From assembly GCA_964016885.1 (NCBI GenBank), contig OZ024745.1, forward strand, positions 40,238,001-40,302,000: DNA of 64,000 nt. Direction: 5' to 3'. The stretch is from Eledone cirrhosa (lineage: Eukaryota). Below the pieces are notes generated by a model. That model saw only the letters and a list, made by a program, of their open reading frames with translations, had not been told where the DNA came from and searched no databases. Shown here piece by piece: positions 42,450-56,047 of this stretch (positions are counted from its first letter, which is position 1; every line of letters starts with the position of its first letter). A program made the translations under genes and the position numbers.

Positions 42450-42520
42450 TATTTTATCTGATGAAAACGCAAATGTCATCGCATGATGATATTTGTTTTT
42501 GAAATGCGCATAATAAAATA
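42450..42520 (+). ncRNA. Type-I hammerhead ribozyme with long helix II
   Basis: UAUUUUAU-CUGAUGA-AAAC-GCAAAUGUCAUC-GCAU-GAUGAUAUUUGU-UUUU-GAA-AUGCGCAU-A-AUAAAAUA: 8-bp helix I, at least 12-bp helix II, perfect 8-nt palindromic helix III, AUA triplet. Confidence 0.85.
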
Positions 42521-42646
42521 CATGGAACTCTTTTAACCATCTTTTGATCTTATATTAAACAAGATATAGATAGATGGAAGTGATTTTAAAATCCATGCAT
42601 TTTCACTCGTTTTCTTCGGGGAATAATCCACCATTTCTTTCGTAAT

Positions 42647-42688
<42 letters not shown>

Positions 42689-42930
42689 AGTATGTGTATG
42701 TGTGTGTGTATGTGTGTGTGTGTACGTATGTACGTATATATATATATATGTATGTAAGGATATGCGTATGTATGTGGGAAGGCGTGTTTATGTGTATGTT
42801 TGTGAGTGTGTGTATATTTACTTATATGCACGTATATATATTTGTGTATGTATATTTCACTCATAGTAGTTTAGTAATTGAATCTTGTATATTACGCAAG
42901 CTGTATATATATATATATATATATATATCA

Positions 42931-42977
<47 letters not shown>

Positions 42978-43437
42978 ATGGCTTGCCGAAATTGGGTTTT
43001 TAAGTGGTGTATCTAAATGCTGTCGTAACATTTCCTAAGTTTATTACATTAAAAGTGTAGTTTATTTTGAGAACAGTGAATGTATTAATGTATATTTATC
43101 TGATCTTTGCATTTATTTCTGTCTTGAGTACCATAGTAATGTGTCTATAATATTCTTGTCTGATCTTCGCTTTCATTCATCGATATTGTATTCTCTATCG
43201 TATCCGTGTATTGATAGATATTTGTGGCTTTCGCTTTCCTTTGAATTATGTCTCAGAATATATTAAATGTCTTTCTAAGCTTACATTTTTTTATTCTTTT
43301 CAATCTGTTGACTTCCTTCACCCACATCATCATCTCTACTGTTCTTTCTTTTCCTTCTCTTGTTCGTCTCATTCCTGTCCCGGCTATTATTGTTGTTCAT
43401 TTCCAACCTACTACTACTACTACTACTGCTGCTGCTG

Positions 43438-43501
<64 letters not shown>

Positions 43502-43609
43502 ATTAACTGCTGCTGCTACTACCTCTAATGATAATAATTTCTGATTTAGGCTCAAGGCCATGAAAGATTTTGGGAAGGGGAACGTCAATTCGAATCGAGA
43601 TGAAGACTA

Positions 43610-43799
43610 ATAATTGTTTCTACGTTAGGCACAAGGCCAGCAATTAACCAGTTTATTACTGGTACTTTATTTTATCGACCCCGGAAGGATGAAAGGCAAA
43701 GCTAACCTAGACGGGATTTGAACTCAGACCGTAAAGGGACGTAACTATACTGGAAAGCATGGCGTCCGACTTTCTACCGATACTGCCAATCCACCGCCC

Positions 43800-43800
<1 letters not shown>
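43610..43800 (-). mobile_element. MetaSINE-like SINE
   Basis: Reverse full copy. Confidence 0.9.
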
Positions 43801-43889
<89 letters not shown>

Positions 43890-43892
<3 letters not shown>

Positions 43893-46800
43893 TTTCTTTA
43901 TTGGCCACAAGGGGTGACATCAAGAAAAACATTACAGACGGCACAGGACGGTACAGGACGGTACGATGTGCGTTTTGTGCGTGTAAATATTTTTTTTATT
44001 TATATAAGAAAAGAAAAAAAATACATAGAAACATATATATATATATAAACAATACAAATGAAAATTGAAACAATGAAAAATTCCCCAATAGGGGGGAAAC
44101 CCACGAGGGTAACTCGTGGCGAAAACCACACAAAAGACCCTGGCCATCCTGACCACAGGGCCAGCGCCCTCTCTCAATTTTTCTTTTTCTCAAACTACAG
44201 ACGTATATTCAGAGCGGTCCCTTTCACTCGGACCATTCTCGCTACATTCACCCACCTTTCAACAAACTTGCTAGAAGGCAGCACTTGCTTCTCCACCCTG
44301 ATTTTCCTCTTCAAGTGAAACTTGAAAAAGTTAATTAGGGATTCGCCGGAGAGGAAAGTGTCTGTCTTTATCCCTTTCAACTTTGTCCACCACACAATCT
44401 CTTTCGCTATCGCCACCAGTTAGATGAAAACCGCCTGCCCTCCTTCTCGAAGGAAGACAGCGAGACCATCTGCACAATGCTCGGGCACTGAACGAGTGCG
44501 TGCACGACGGTTTCGTCGCTTTGCGCGCATCTCGGACAGGCTGTGGAGCTTATCTCGAACCAGCAACGCTCCCCGGTAGAACTGCCAGGTCAGGGATTTG
44601 TGGAAGTTATCCATAGGTCTTGGGCTGAAAGTTCTCCTGAAGAGACGAAGAGCTGATCTTTTTCGACGCCCAGGATCTCTCCAAGAACGTCGTCGCTCTT
44701 CCCGTCCACTAGTCCTCTATAGCACGCCGAGGTCGATGTTCCACCGATACTGGTGCCCCGGTGGCAGAGGGCAGTTAGCGCCTGGAGACATTCCAGTTTC
44801 CAAGCGCTATACCTCGGTCTTTTTCTGACCCAGGACTGCAGCTCTGTCAAGGAGACGAGTTGTGGGAAAACGTTCCTGGCGAACGGCGACCACCCCGCTT
44901 CACCGTCAAGGAAGCACCAGAGATGACGCAGCATCAGCGCATGTTTGCGCATCATCAGCCGCGAGACCATCTGCACCATGGACTCAGTCGATAACCGAAT
45001 CAGACCTACACGCAACAGCAACTGTTCGACATAGCTCCACAAGTCAGCAATGCTCGGGCACTGAACGAACACGTGCACAACGGCTTCGTCGGTCTGCGCA
45101 CATCTTGGACAGGCACGGCTGACAGCCCTTCCGTGCCTGTATAGCTTATCTCGAACCGGCAACGCTCCCCGGTTGCACTGCCAGGCCAGGGATTTCTGGA
45201 AGTTGTCCATAGGCCCCGGTCTGAAAGTTCTCTTAAAGAGAGCGAACAGCTGATCGTCTTGAATTGTGGACAGCCTATGCTATTTCCCTACAAAATACTC
45301 TATCTAGATATGATCTGGGTGACCCAATATGGTTTGTCCAAGTCCACATTGGCACATTCGGGAAAATCAATCGGTACCTGTCCGACAGTTGAAAACGCCT
45401 GAGTAGGTTTGTAAGGCTTTTACACCTTCCTCCCTTGTCTGATAATCGCACACATTCCCAGCGTGCATCTAAGATCCCGTTCAAGTCACCTACTAACGCT
45501 AGAGAGCGGGACGTTCAAAGAAAGGTCTCAAGACGCCGGAAGAATTCAGGTCGTCCTGCTCCTGTTGGGGCATAGGAGGCCACTAGCCTGAAAGCTTGTC
45601 CTTCTCCGCTGGTCACGTCCAGTACCACCAACTTACCCTCTGGGTCCAAGAAGACGGCCCGTATCTCGAGATCCAGACTTCTCCGAAACAACACGGCTAC
45701 CGCACCGCCCCCCCCCGATCCGGGACGGCTTGGAGATGTGTACACCTCGTAACCGCCGAACATGGGTGCGAATGCCCGTGCGTCGGAGATTCTGGTCTCG
45801 CTGATGGCCACCACATCTATGTTTAGCGACCTGAGATCGTTCAGCAGGTGGCTCTGCTTCCAAGACGACCCCAGGCCACATTTATGCTACCTATTCTGAG
45901 GGAAGCCATGTTGGCTAGGATAGGAGGAAAACAAGTGAAAGGGGTGAGGTACAAACATTACCTGTGGCTCTTTTTTTAAGAAGGGGTTGGGTGATCGATC
46001 CCTCCGACAATTGGTGGGTTTCTCCACGATGTAGATGCTAAGGGTGGCGATGGGCGGTGCTGATGATGTTGTAGATGGTTGTGGGGATGTGGCTGTCGAT
46101 GGTGGTGGAAGAGGTGGAGTAGTTTTAATCTTCTTTTTTTAGGATTCTTTCTTCCTCTTTTTTTAGGGGGGGGGGGCTGAGGGCAGGCAGTTCTTCCTTT
46201 TTTTATTGGAATAGTACTCCACCCTCGGTTTCATCGCACTACTTGTCCGATTTAGCTATATCAGGAAGGGGTATGCTTTCCATTCGTTCTGTGGGTGGTG
46301 GAAGAGATGGTGCTTTTGTTGTTGGGGATGGTGATTTCTTCTCGGCTACTGTGGTCTTTGTTTGTTTGTCCGCTCCTGTTGCGGGCACGGCGTGGGGAGA
46401 AGGGGTGGGTACGTGCCTGTTTTGGTGAGTTTGGGGCAGAATGCCTTAAGGCGCGTCTTGTTACCGCATCCATGACACCTACAGCGCCTACCTTCGACAG
46501 TCACGGGTAGATAGCTGGCGTCATCCAGGTCTGTTACATCGGGGATGGCCTCAATGCTCTCATGGTTTGCTTGGATGATTAACTCCATCCTCGATCCTGT
46601 CCAATTTTCCTGTCTTATTCGCATGACGTTGAGTATGGTTGTTGAATCCTCAACGTCAGCGAGGACGGCCGCCGTCAACCATGCCATCTCCACTGAGGAC
46701 GGAACCTGGGCCACTCGAACCCTCACGACTCTCTGGCCGCAGTATGTGGACATCATTAAGATTTCGTCACTGCGGAGTGGCGCAATGGAGTGTGCTCTGG

Positions 46801-47330
46801 ATTCTTGTGGTGTAGCGAAGAGCACATCCACAGTAATATATCTCGATTCCCAGGCTATGTATGTTTTCTGTGCCCAGACGGTGCCCATAGATGTTTGGAG
46901 CTGTGACCCGTCAACTCGCCGCGATTGTCATCCGATCGTGCGATAGCTGACTGAACACAAAGCCTTGTTTCTTATTATCTCAGCTGGGCGGGTGAGACTT
47001 ACGCTGTGTCCGATCTTTTTAACCAAGAATTTTGCTTGTTTTATCTCTTCGTTAGTGGTGTGTACTTGTTCAAAATTGTTTGTCGCTTTAGTAAAAGAAG
47101 TGTTTGTTTTTGATTTGTGTTGACTCATCACTAGTTTTGTCTTTGTTGCCGTCGTTGGTGTTTTTTTTTTTCTCTGGGCTGCTGCTGTTATAGTTGTTGT
47201 TATTTGGGTTCTTTATGGCTGTTGCTGTTGTTATTGTTGTTATTGAGGTGGTGGTGGTGGTGTTTGATTTTACTAACGTAGGGAAGCTTTTGTTGTAATT
47301 TCCATTACTGCTACTACTTTTCCAGTGGCT
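43890..47330 (-). mobile_element. Tx1-like (L1 group) LINE, internally deleted: ORF1, APE endonuclease and duplicated C-terminal zinc-finger region, no RT seen
   Basis: ORF1 remnants ~47130-46260 (CRCHGCG); ORF2 starts MASLRIGSINV at ~45909 with VVAISETR, YAP, LVGDLN, SYLDRV; jumps at ~45270 to LPVRDKL..CPRC..DE.V.H.F.QC; ends in an (ATT)n tract. Confidence 0.82.
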
Positions 47331-47599
47331 GCTGCTGCTGTTTCTCTTGTTTTTTTACTTTGCCTTGTGATTGGGTGGAAATGGCTGTTCCTCCTTCCGA
47401 ACAACTCGCTGTTCCTCCATGTGGACAAATGTTCTTGTCCACTATGTTATTTTAAAACAAATTTGGGGGTTATGATTGTAAATGAATGCACATTTAGCCT
47501 TCAAGGGCGCGACATACAGTTAACTCATGAAAATTTAACTAACTTACTCCGCCGTAGTTACCGCCGTCTCATAATAATAACAACAAATAACAATAATAA

Positions 47600-48480
47600 C
47601 AATCTCTTTAATTTCTTTATTGGCCACAAAGGCCTACATATAGGGGACAATACAATAGAGAGGAATAGTGGGGGGGGGTTACATATATAACATGCAAAAA
47701 TATAAATAACAATAACAAAATAACTAGAAAAATACAACAGATTACAATCCCCGAAAGGGGTATAAACATCTAGGTGCGATTCAGGAAACCCATCAATCTT
47801 GAACCATCCAACGCTTTGAAGGAAACTGGGAAGTATACCCCTCTCATCCACAAATAAGCCAGCCTACAGGCGTATGCCAACATGAACAATCCTCGATAAA
47901 TTAATCAACCTATTTTGCAAATGTACTGAGGAACAGCACTTACCTCCCACCCTCACCTTCCCTTACAAGTGGAACTTCAAAAAGACTATGAGGGATTGGT
48001 CTAAGAGAAAATTGTCTATTTATAGTCTTCTCAATCTGGTAACCAATAAAACCTCTTTTACTACCACCCCAGACAGAGAAGAATTGCCTGTCCTTCCCGA
48101 CAAAAGAAGGCGGCAGATCGATCTTCACCATTGAATTGGCTGATTGCCGGATCCGTTCTACACGTGACAACAGCAATGCAGGGATACAAGACAAGTGCGT
48201 GCAAAATGATTTCGTCGATCTGTGTGCATCACTGGCAGATCCGTCTGATAGGACTTCCTTGCCTATACAGTTTATCTCAAACCGGAAAATCCCCGCTGTA
48301 GCACGGGCTAGCGAATGATTTCTGGAAGTTATCCATCGTCCCCGGCTCCAAAGTTCTGCGGAACAGGAGGTCAGTTCGACTAGATAAATGCCCAGAGCCT
48401 CTCCGAGTGGGTCGTTCCAATTGGCCGCCACTACTCCCCTATAGAACTCGAGAGTGAAGTACAGAGACGACCTAGAGAAA
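47600..48480 (-). mobile_element. 3' fragment of a related Tx1-like LINE
   Basis: Shares the terminus TTTCTTTATTGGCCACAA and the C-terminal coding motifs with the 43890 copy. Confidence 0.75.
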
Positions 48481-49009
48481 GGCCTGTCTCACAAATGATG
48501 AACCCGCCTGCTCTCCATTTATATAGGCGGATATATCCGAAACCCGGCCGAAAATCTCGAACATAGTTTTATAGTTTACGGAGGTCATCAGAGCATGACT
48601 ATCGCTTCAGATCCTCTCGGAACCAATGATATTCTGTATCACGTTAGGACGTACCTCTTGAGTGTGTTGTGTGATGATATGGGAAGCCAAGGATCAATTA
48701 AACAACTTGTATCTTTTTCTGTAACAATCCTTCGTGGCTGACGATTGCCACATTCCTTTCTTTAAGTGGTAAGCCAACCACTTTGCTTAACACATTTTAA
48801 TTTTTCTAGAATAGAAACTTCTGTTGGTACTCTTTTGTATATTTTGTACAGGATAGCATTGTGGCTATTGATTTTGAAACGGATTGTCTGAGTTCAAAGG
48901 AGATCGGATGAAATACAAAGAAGTGTATATATGACAATGTTGACTGATGCATACTGTCCATTACCAGTGGATTAAGCGGTCAGTGGATACGCCACTCTAA
49001 AGATCTATG

Positions 49010-49660
49010 GGGAACAGTCGTGGGAAAGCGTGACAACGTTATTGGAAATATTCTATATTTCAAGGAAATCCAACTGACCAGTGTGTGACGTAGAATGTTC
49101 AAGCCAGGGTCTATGGACAGCTTCCAGAAACATATGAATTGACAATGCTCCCGAATGGTACTGTTAGTCTGTGATAAACTCTACAGGCACGGAAGTGCCC
49201 TCAGATGAACCTCTCTGAGATTCAAATAGAGCGACTAAACAGTTCTGCAGAAATTAATCCAGTGTTTATGCATTACTGGCCTGTGGAATCCTGTGGAATA
49301 ACTGTTATCGCGTGTACCATCGCGTATATCCCTCAATTCCTTTCCTTTTCCCGAGAATGGCAAGGGGTTTTCCTCTGCTTGGCGGTGGCAGGGAAAGAGA
49401 TTGTGTGGTGGACGCGTCTAAAATGACTGAAGCAGAACATATTCCTCTTCCACCAATCATTCATCAATTTTTCAAGTTTCACTTAGAAAGGAATGTGAGG
49501 TTGCAGAGGGACGTGCGCCTCCTGTTCATCTGGTCGTCACCCGCTGTTGGATAATTTTCCTCCTTCTAATTGTATTGCTTATTATTATTTCTTATATCCT
49601 TTTTGTACTTTTTTTCTTATTGCCCCATATATACCGGCACTTGCGGTCAATAGAAATAGT
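49010..49660 (+). mobile_element. Decayed 3' fragment of Tx1-like LINE; other fragments at ~51840-52250 (+), 54430-54740 (-) and 55020-55420 (-)
   Basis: AVAGKEIVWWTRLK, FFKFHLER; 51947 ORF GTLPVRDKIYGHG; 55024 ORF GKSPMFDGLPHE..RPVTL (RT N-terminal part). Confidence 0.7.
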
Positions 49661-49764
49661 CTTCTTAACATTATCAATATTATTATCATTAATATTATCA
49701 GTAGTAGTAGTAGTAGCAGTAGTAGTAGTAGTAATAGTAGTAGTAGTAGTAGTAGTAGTAGTAA

Positions 49765-49797
<33 letters not shown>

Positions 49798-52700
49798 CAG
49801 CAGCAGCAGAAACAGCAGTAGCCGTAGTAGTAGATTCATTTGTATTTATTTGTGTGAGTGTGTTTTTTTTTAAATGGCATCACTACGAAAATAATTTTGA
49901 ATCAGATAATTCAGGTTTGCTGCATATATAACAAGATTGTTATAGGACAAACAGAATCTTGACAGGTTTGAATCAAGCCATCAAAGATCGACTCAGTAAA
50001 TACTGTGTATAATCAATATACTATATAGTCTTCCATATGTATTTTGTTATACATAGCTGCGCCTTACTTACACATAGATACACACGAAGTCATTCGAGCA
50101 GACACAAACATTGATACGGGCATTCTGAAAACTATTTACACATACATACCTACATATATACAAACATCGATTCAGAAACAACTCACAAACACGTTTACGA
50201 ATACAAACGCACGTTTGCCCTTCTATCCACAAACCATTCACCAACATGCATAAATAGATACAGTTGCATAACATGAATATTCACAAACACAGCACAAACA
50301 TATATACAAACATACACACACATACACATACATGTACGGCCATTCACAAATATTCACAAACACACATACTACGATGCTTGACCAAGCCTACGGATATTAA
50401 AAAAACTAAAGAAACAAAAACATATGCAGAAAGAAATAGAGAAATATATTCATAAACATTTAAAAACACATATAAAATAACACGCTCTTCCGCATAGAAA
50501 TTCAGAAAAACGCATAGAAACATATACAAACACATAGGTGCATACCTGCGTACATTCACAAACATACCACAAATCACGGACAAATGTGCACCCACAAATG
50601 TACGAATGTTTACAAAATATCTACAGACACGTACAAGGATAGATACACACAGGCTAATAATCCTGGACTTTCACAAACATTGCTAAAGCATTCGTATACA
50701 ACCACACACACACACATATATACGGATGTTCACCAACAAAATAACATCAACAAATACACAGAAAAATATTTAAAAACAAATAAAAACACAGATTATAAAA
50801 GAAGTAATTCAAAATGTCTACATTGATATCTAAACGCTGGAACATTAAATAATTTGATAGACGTTGTTAGACATTTTGTCTAACGAATAGAATAAATGCA
50901 AAGATATATGGTGTCAGATTTCCTTCATAATATATTTACTAGGTATGAGGATGTTCAAAAACTTCCTCCGCAGATATTTGAGACAGAAGGTCAATATAAG
51001 TATTTATTCTAATCAGGTTTTATTTTCACGGGGGAAAAATAACGAAAAATATTAATACTAATAATAAGAATATTATGTCAGAAATTCCTGTTATTTTGTT
51101 TTCATAGAATCGTAGAATCGAACGAAACTCCTGATGAACTAAATATTTCTATATGTAATAATATCATGCACCTATGAAACAATTATATATACTGGGCCCT
51201 TGCAGTGCAGATAAAAATAAGCGGCTATAACTCACCGAGTCGAAGTTCAAGCTGCGCTGAAATGCATCATAAATAACACCGAGTACATAATGATGGACAG
51301 ACCATACCGCACAATCTCGATCCTTTTTAAGTCAGAAGCCCTCGCTGTGATACAGTCGGAAAGCTCTTGCAAAATCAACTAGGTCATCATACAAGAGATC
51401 CCGGACCGTTTCACAGCGAGGGCTTCAGCTTGCTGTCCACACCGCAGCAACCAATCCCAGCAACGGAAACTCCAACAGAAGTGCCACCACCGACTTTGGA
51501 AACTCGGGGAGAAAACGAGGAAAGTTCTCACGAAAAATTGGAGAAAGAGGGGGAAGGTATTTGGCACGAGCGTATTTTGTGAACCAAAAAACTTGTTTCT
51601 GGTATGAATGTCACTCGACACCTATACATGTATTAGGGAGAGCGTTTCTCGTGACGTGGGAACCTGAATATAAGACAAAAAAGCAACCTAGTTTAGTGGT
51701 TCCCAAAAGAAACTCGACTCGGGTGGAAAATAAAACTTTCCTCGCTGTTTTAGCCTGAAAAAATGACGATCCTAAATATTCGTAGCGTAAACGGTACAGT
51801 GTCGTCGTCATTTGTGTGACTATGTGATGAAGAGATCGAAACTGGGCGCTTGGCATCTGGAATGTAGCCAGGTGTTTACTACCTTCTGTATGGCGTGCAA
51901 TGCGGTCAATGAAACTTCCACTCTCGAGTTCTATACATGATTAGCGGTGAGAATGTGCAATGACTCACTCGGAGAGTCCCTCACCGTCGACAAAGTCGAA
52001 CTCACCAGTCATTTCCGGAGGACTTTCGAGCCGGGGACTATTGATAAATTCCAGAAATCCCTTGTTTGCACCCGTGGGACACTGCCGGTGCGAGACAAAA
52101 TCTACGGGCACGGAAATAGTGTTAAACAAAACTGCTCAAGATTCAAGCAGAGCGACGAAAGAGTTGTGAAAGGAACACTTATAATGTCCGTTTATTACTG
52201 ACATGTGTAGTTATGTCGAAGAGCTGTTGTCGCGTGTATGGTGAATCTGTCTATACTAAAGTCACAAATTTGTAAGTTAAATATATAAAATTGTCACAAC
52301 AATAATGTTGCATGTATAAACTTACAGAATTTTACTATAGTTCTGTACATAATACATTTAAATATTTGCAGTGCACTTACTCAATATGATGTAACAGAAT
52401 CAACTATCTATATAAAATCAAATCTAGAGTATATATATTTGAATATAAATATATAAAAATATTTTGCGCTAAGAACATAATTCCATGACTTAATTCCATG
52501 ACATAAGAAGGAAGTAATGAATTTAGAACACAACATCATTCAATATATACGAGTCAAAATTAATAAATTTGCATTTGTAAAGTTGATTCGATGTCAACCT
52601 CACATACGCAATGATTTGCTGTTGAAAATATCTTCATATAACATTCGTTTTACGCATCATAGTAATACAATGAGCACAAACTCATAGGCTTCGAATAATT

Positions 52701-52848
52701 GTTTAAATAAATAATAAATAGAATGCACCAACGCAAATGATGCTTAATTTTGTTTTCCGAATTGGTTTATAGAAATAAAATCATGATCAAATCGGATGTC
52801 TTTCCATCCCATTGCTTTTTCTCTGTTTATATATATATATATATATAA

Positions 52849-52888
<40 letters not shown>

Positions 52889-52899
52889 CTTTGATAACT

Positions 52900-53293
52900 T
52901 TGATAGGTTTCGGCCAGTATTGGCCAGGCCATGTCTAACTTAACAGCACCAACTGACGAAGTCTTACAAATCTGGGGTTGGGTACCATTGTCCGCTCGAG
53001 CAGAGAGTTATTGTTTACGGAGGCATATCCGGGTGTAGAAGGGTTATCCGAGATTTCTTGAAGGAATTTGTCCAAATACTTCTTGAAATTGATGGGGTCT
53101 GTTTTTGTTTTGATGTGTTTTGGTGTAATATTAAAGAGAGCAGGGCCAATTGATGTGAAATAATTGTGGCGTATTGTTCTTATGAGATGCCAGTGATATT
53201 TTTGTCGTGGGCGGATAGCACGGGGCCCAAGCCTTGGGTGTACATTAAAGGTGATGCCAACATCATTTGGGCAAAGCTGATCGAATATTTTCC
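52900..53293 (-). mobile_element. 3' fragment of a CR1-like LINE
   Basis: HPRLG..TIRHNYFTSIGPALFNITPKHIK..FKKYLDKFLQEISDNPSTPGY..NNSL on the minus strand. Confidence 0.7.
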
Positions 53294-53313
53294 TATATAT
53301 ATATATATATAAT

Positions 53314-53668
53314 ATTGTTATATTTGGGGAGGGTCATATTGTTGTAATAATATTGCCAGAATTAATAGCAGAACACACTCACTGTTTGGTTGGTTTTCGC
53401 TTCTGTATCTTTTATATTAGTTAATTCATAGTTAATTCATAGGTGAAAGAACAGACCAACACTGAGGGGAACTAAAATGTCGAAAACACGATTCAGTACT
53501 ATACGAACACGCCATACAACAACATGACGGTAACATAGACACCATAGAAATTAAAATAATATCTAAACATAGAAATGACCCAGCAGAGAGACAAATCAGA
53601 GAGGCAAGTGAAATAGAACTCAGAAGGCCAAAACTAAACAGACAAAATGAATGGAATAACAACAATAC
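53314..53668. mobile_element. Older diverged copy of the intact PLE family: inverted pLTR end (53314-53418) plus GIY-YIG C-terminus (53437-53668, +)
   Basis: Aligns with 57816-57920 (inverted) and 61260-61490 (direct) with substitutions and one stop. Confidence 0.85.
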
Positions 53669-54180
53669 GTCACTTTCAGCTTATATCTGGAGTCTAAAAG
53701 ACAACCACACCCAATATAAGTTACACTGGGAGATCCTAGCTAGGGCTAGATCGTATAACGGAAATAAAAGACCATGTAACCTCTGCGCCGCTTAGGCCCT
53801 GGAAATACTCTACGCCACAGACGATATCTTAAACAAACAATCTGAGGCAATTTCGGCTTGTAAACATAAATTGCACAAAACTTTCATGTATTACAGCCCC
53901 ACATTATACCCTAACGGATAGTACGATCTATACGTGGATATTTTACGTCTTCATGTGGTAGCTAAGTATATGTTATGTTTATACCATTAATTATTTGCAT
54001 AGGTAAGTATATATTACCTGTATGTTTCCACGAACCAAAATATCGTCTTTCTCCGGTTGCTACGTTTATTGAAATATCCACTTCTGCGTTTACAGATTGA
54101 CTTTGTTAGTCTCAGAAGATCCCGTTAAGGGTGAAAGCAGCCACTCTTTGCTTAAACTTTAATCTGTTATTTTAATAAAT
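53669..54180 (+). mobile_element. 3' fragment of a YRDD/Hydra-type PLE
   Basis: TSLSAYIWSLKD..YKLHWEILARARSY..CNLC..LNKQSEAISACKHK, the same motif type as the element at 5000-5230; ends in (TA)n. Confidence 0.8.
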
Positions 54181-55971
54181 ATATATATATATATAAAATA
54201 AAGTAAAATAAAAAGTCAAATGTTTAAAATTTAGCTTCGTTTATTACTGCTATATATATTTCGGTGACAGCCATTTTTGGCTGTGAACTCTTCAGGCAGT
54301 CCGAATTAGTGTGGTATAGACAAGTACATATGTTGTTGAGGTGTATAATTTTGTCATAACTCTGATATGCCCAGTTCCTGGTTGGGTTGTTATTTCTCTG
54401 AGGAACTGGAATCATATGATTCCAGTTCCTCATTTCTGAGTGACATTTTCTACTTTGTCCTTGAACTACCTCCAGTCTTTTTCTATCTGGAGGTCTGGCC
54501 CAAACAAGTCCCCAAGCAATTTAACCGGGCCGTCGGACCAGTGGTATATACATCCACTTAGAGACATGGGCCTGCTTCTCCATGTATCAAGTTTCAAGCA
54601 CACTGACTTAGCCTGACTAAATGCAAGCTGCGCTAACCACCGAGTATTCCTCCGATATAGTCCCAACTGGTTCGATACCCTGAAGTGACTGACTCAATGT
54701 CTGAGACGACATCGGCGTACGCAGACACGGTTCTCCTGCGACCAGGTTCAGGAGGAATACTTATGAAGATTTCAGTCTACACAGCGGAGGATCCGAAAAC
54801 AACACATAGAGAAAAATATGAGAGGTGACCTGATGGCGGATCGAGCGTTCAATATACAATTAATTATTGCTAATTTTGTCCAAAATGATGCTGCTGTAAA
54901 ATCTGTCTACTCTGTCGTATGATTTAGGCTGGTCTAAATGAAGCAGCAATATATCTGAAGTTATATAGGTTGTTATTGAAATATCTGCCAGGGATCGCAC
55001 AGGTTTGTGTTAACACGACAACACTACCGATGAGAAGCGCCTTTGGCACCTTTGTTAGGCACCTTTGCCAAAGATTCCAACTCAGTGCTCGGTAGAGTTA
55101 CTGGCCTTAATGTCTCTATTATGTCCTCTTTGTTCGGGTCCTTTCTGTGCGGTGTCACTACACCCAGGCATACACAACTGAGGACCCCACAGTATTGCTG
55201 GTAACTGCAGTATACAGTTGCCAAGACAGTACTTAACAGGGTAGGCCCATGGACATAGATCTCATGTGGTAGACCATCGAACATGGGTGATTTGCCTCTC
55301 ACACAGTGGCTGAAGAAATTTAACACTTCATCTGTTAAGATCGAATTTTTGCAACAATTTGAGAGTCGCGGATTGCTAATGAGGTAGAAATTGACGTCTG
55401 ACATCTTAATCCGCCATTTCCCTGAAAGATCATCAATAACATTCATTGCTACACACGTTCGGAACAACCGATCTACCATTCAGGACCAGAAAAAACATTC
55501 TTATCTCTATATTCAGGCCTTTCTAAAAGAACATTTCTCTCCTACACTAATCGGGCCGACCGACTGAAAAATATGCGTTCGAATTTACCACGAGCAGTTC
55601 TACTGAATTAATACCGGAATTTATTATCTCACTAGCAGCCACCTCGCCCTGCCCCAGTGCCCAGAGGACACTGAACACGGCAATCTGCTTCTATTTCGGC
55701 CTCAGGTCACATACATATATACAACGTATTTTTTTTTCGTCATTTAGAGAGGAAGAGAATAAATGAACCCAAATAAGAGTGGGTCACTTACTCCCATTTT
55801 GTGGTAGTCAACTTTAGCAAACCGAGGGGTTAGGGATGCATGGAACATGTTAACAGGTGCCCAGTGCATGCCTTCTGGGGGCTTCGAGGTGAACTCTATT
55901 TTCACCAATAATAATTTCATAGTCACTTCCATTTTCATTAGTTACAAATCTATTTTCTATCTATCTATATA

Positions 55972-56006
<35 letters not shown>

Positions 56007-56047
56007 CGTGTTATTATTTTTATGTATATATATATATATATATATAT

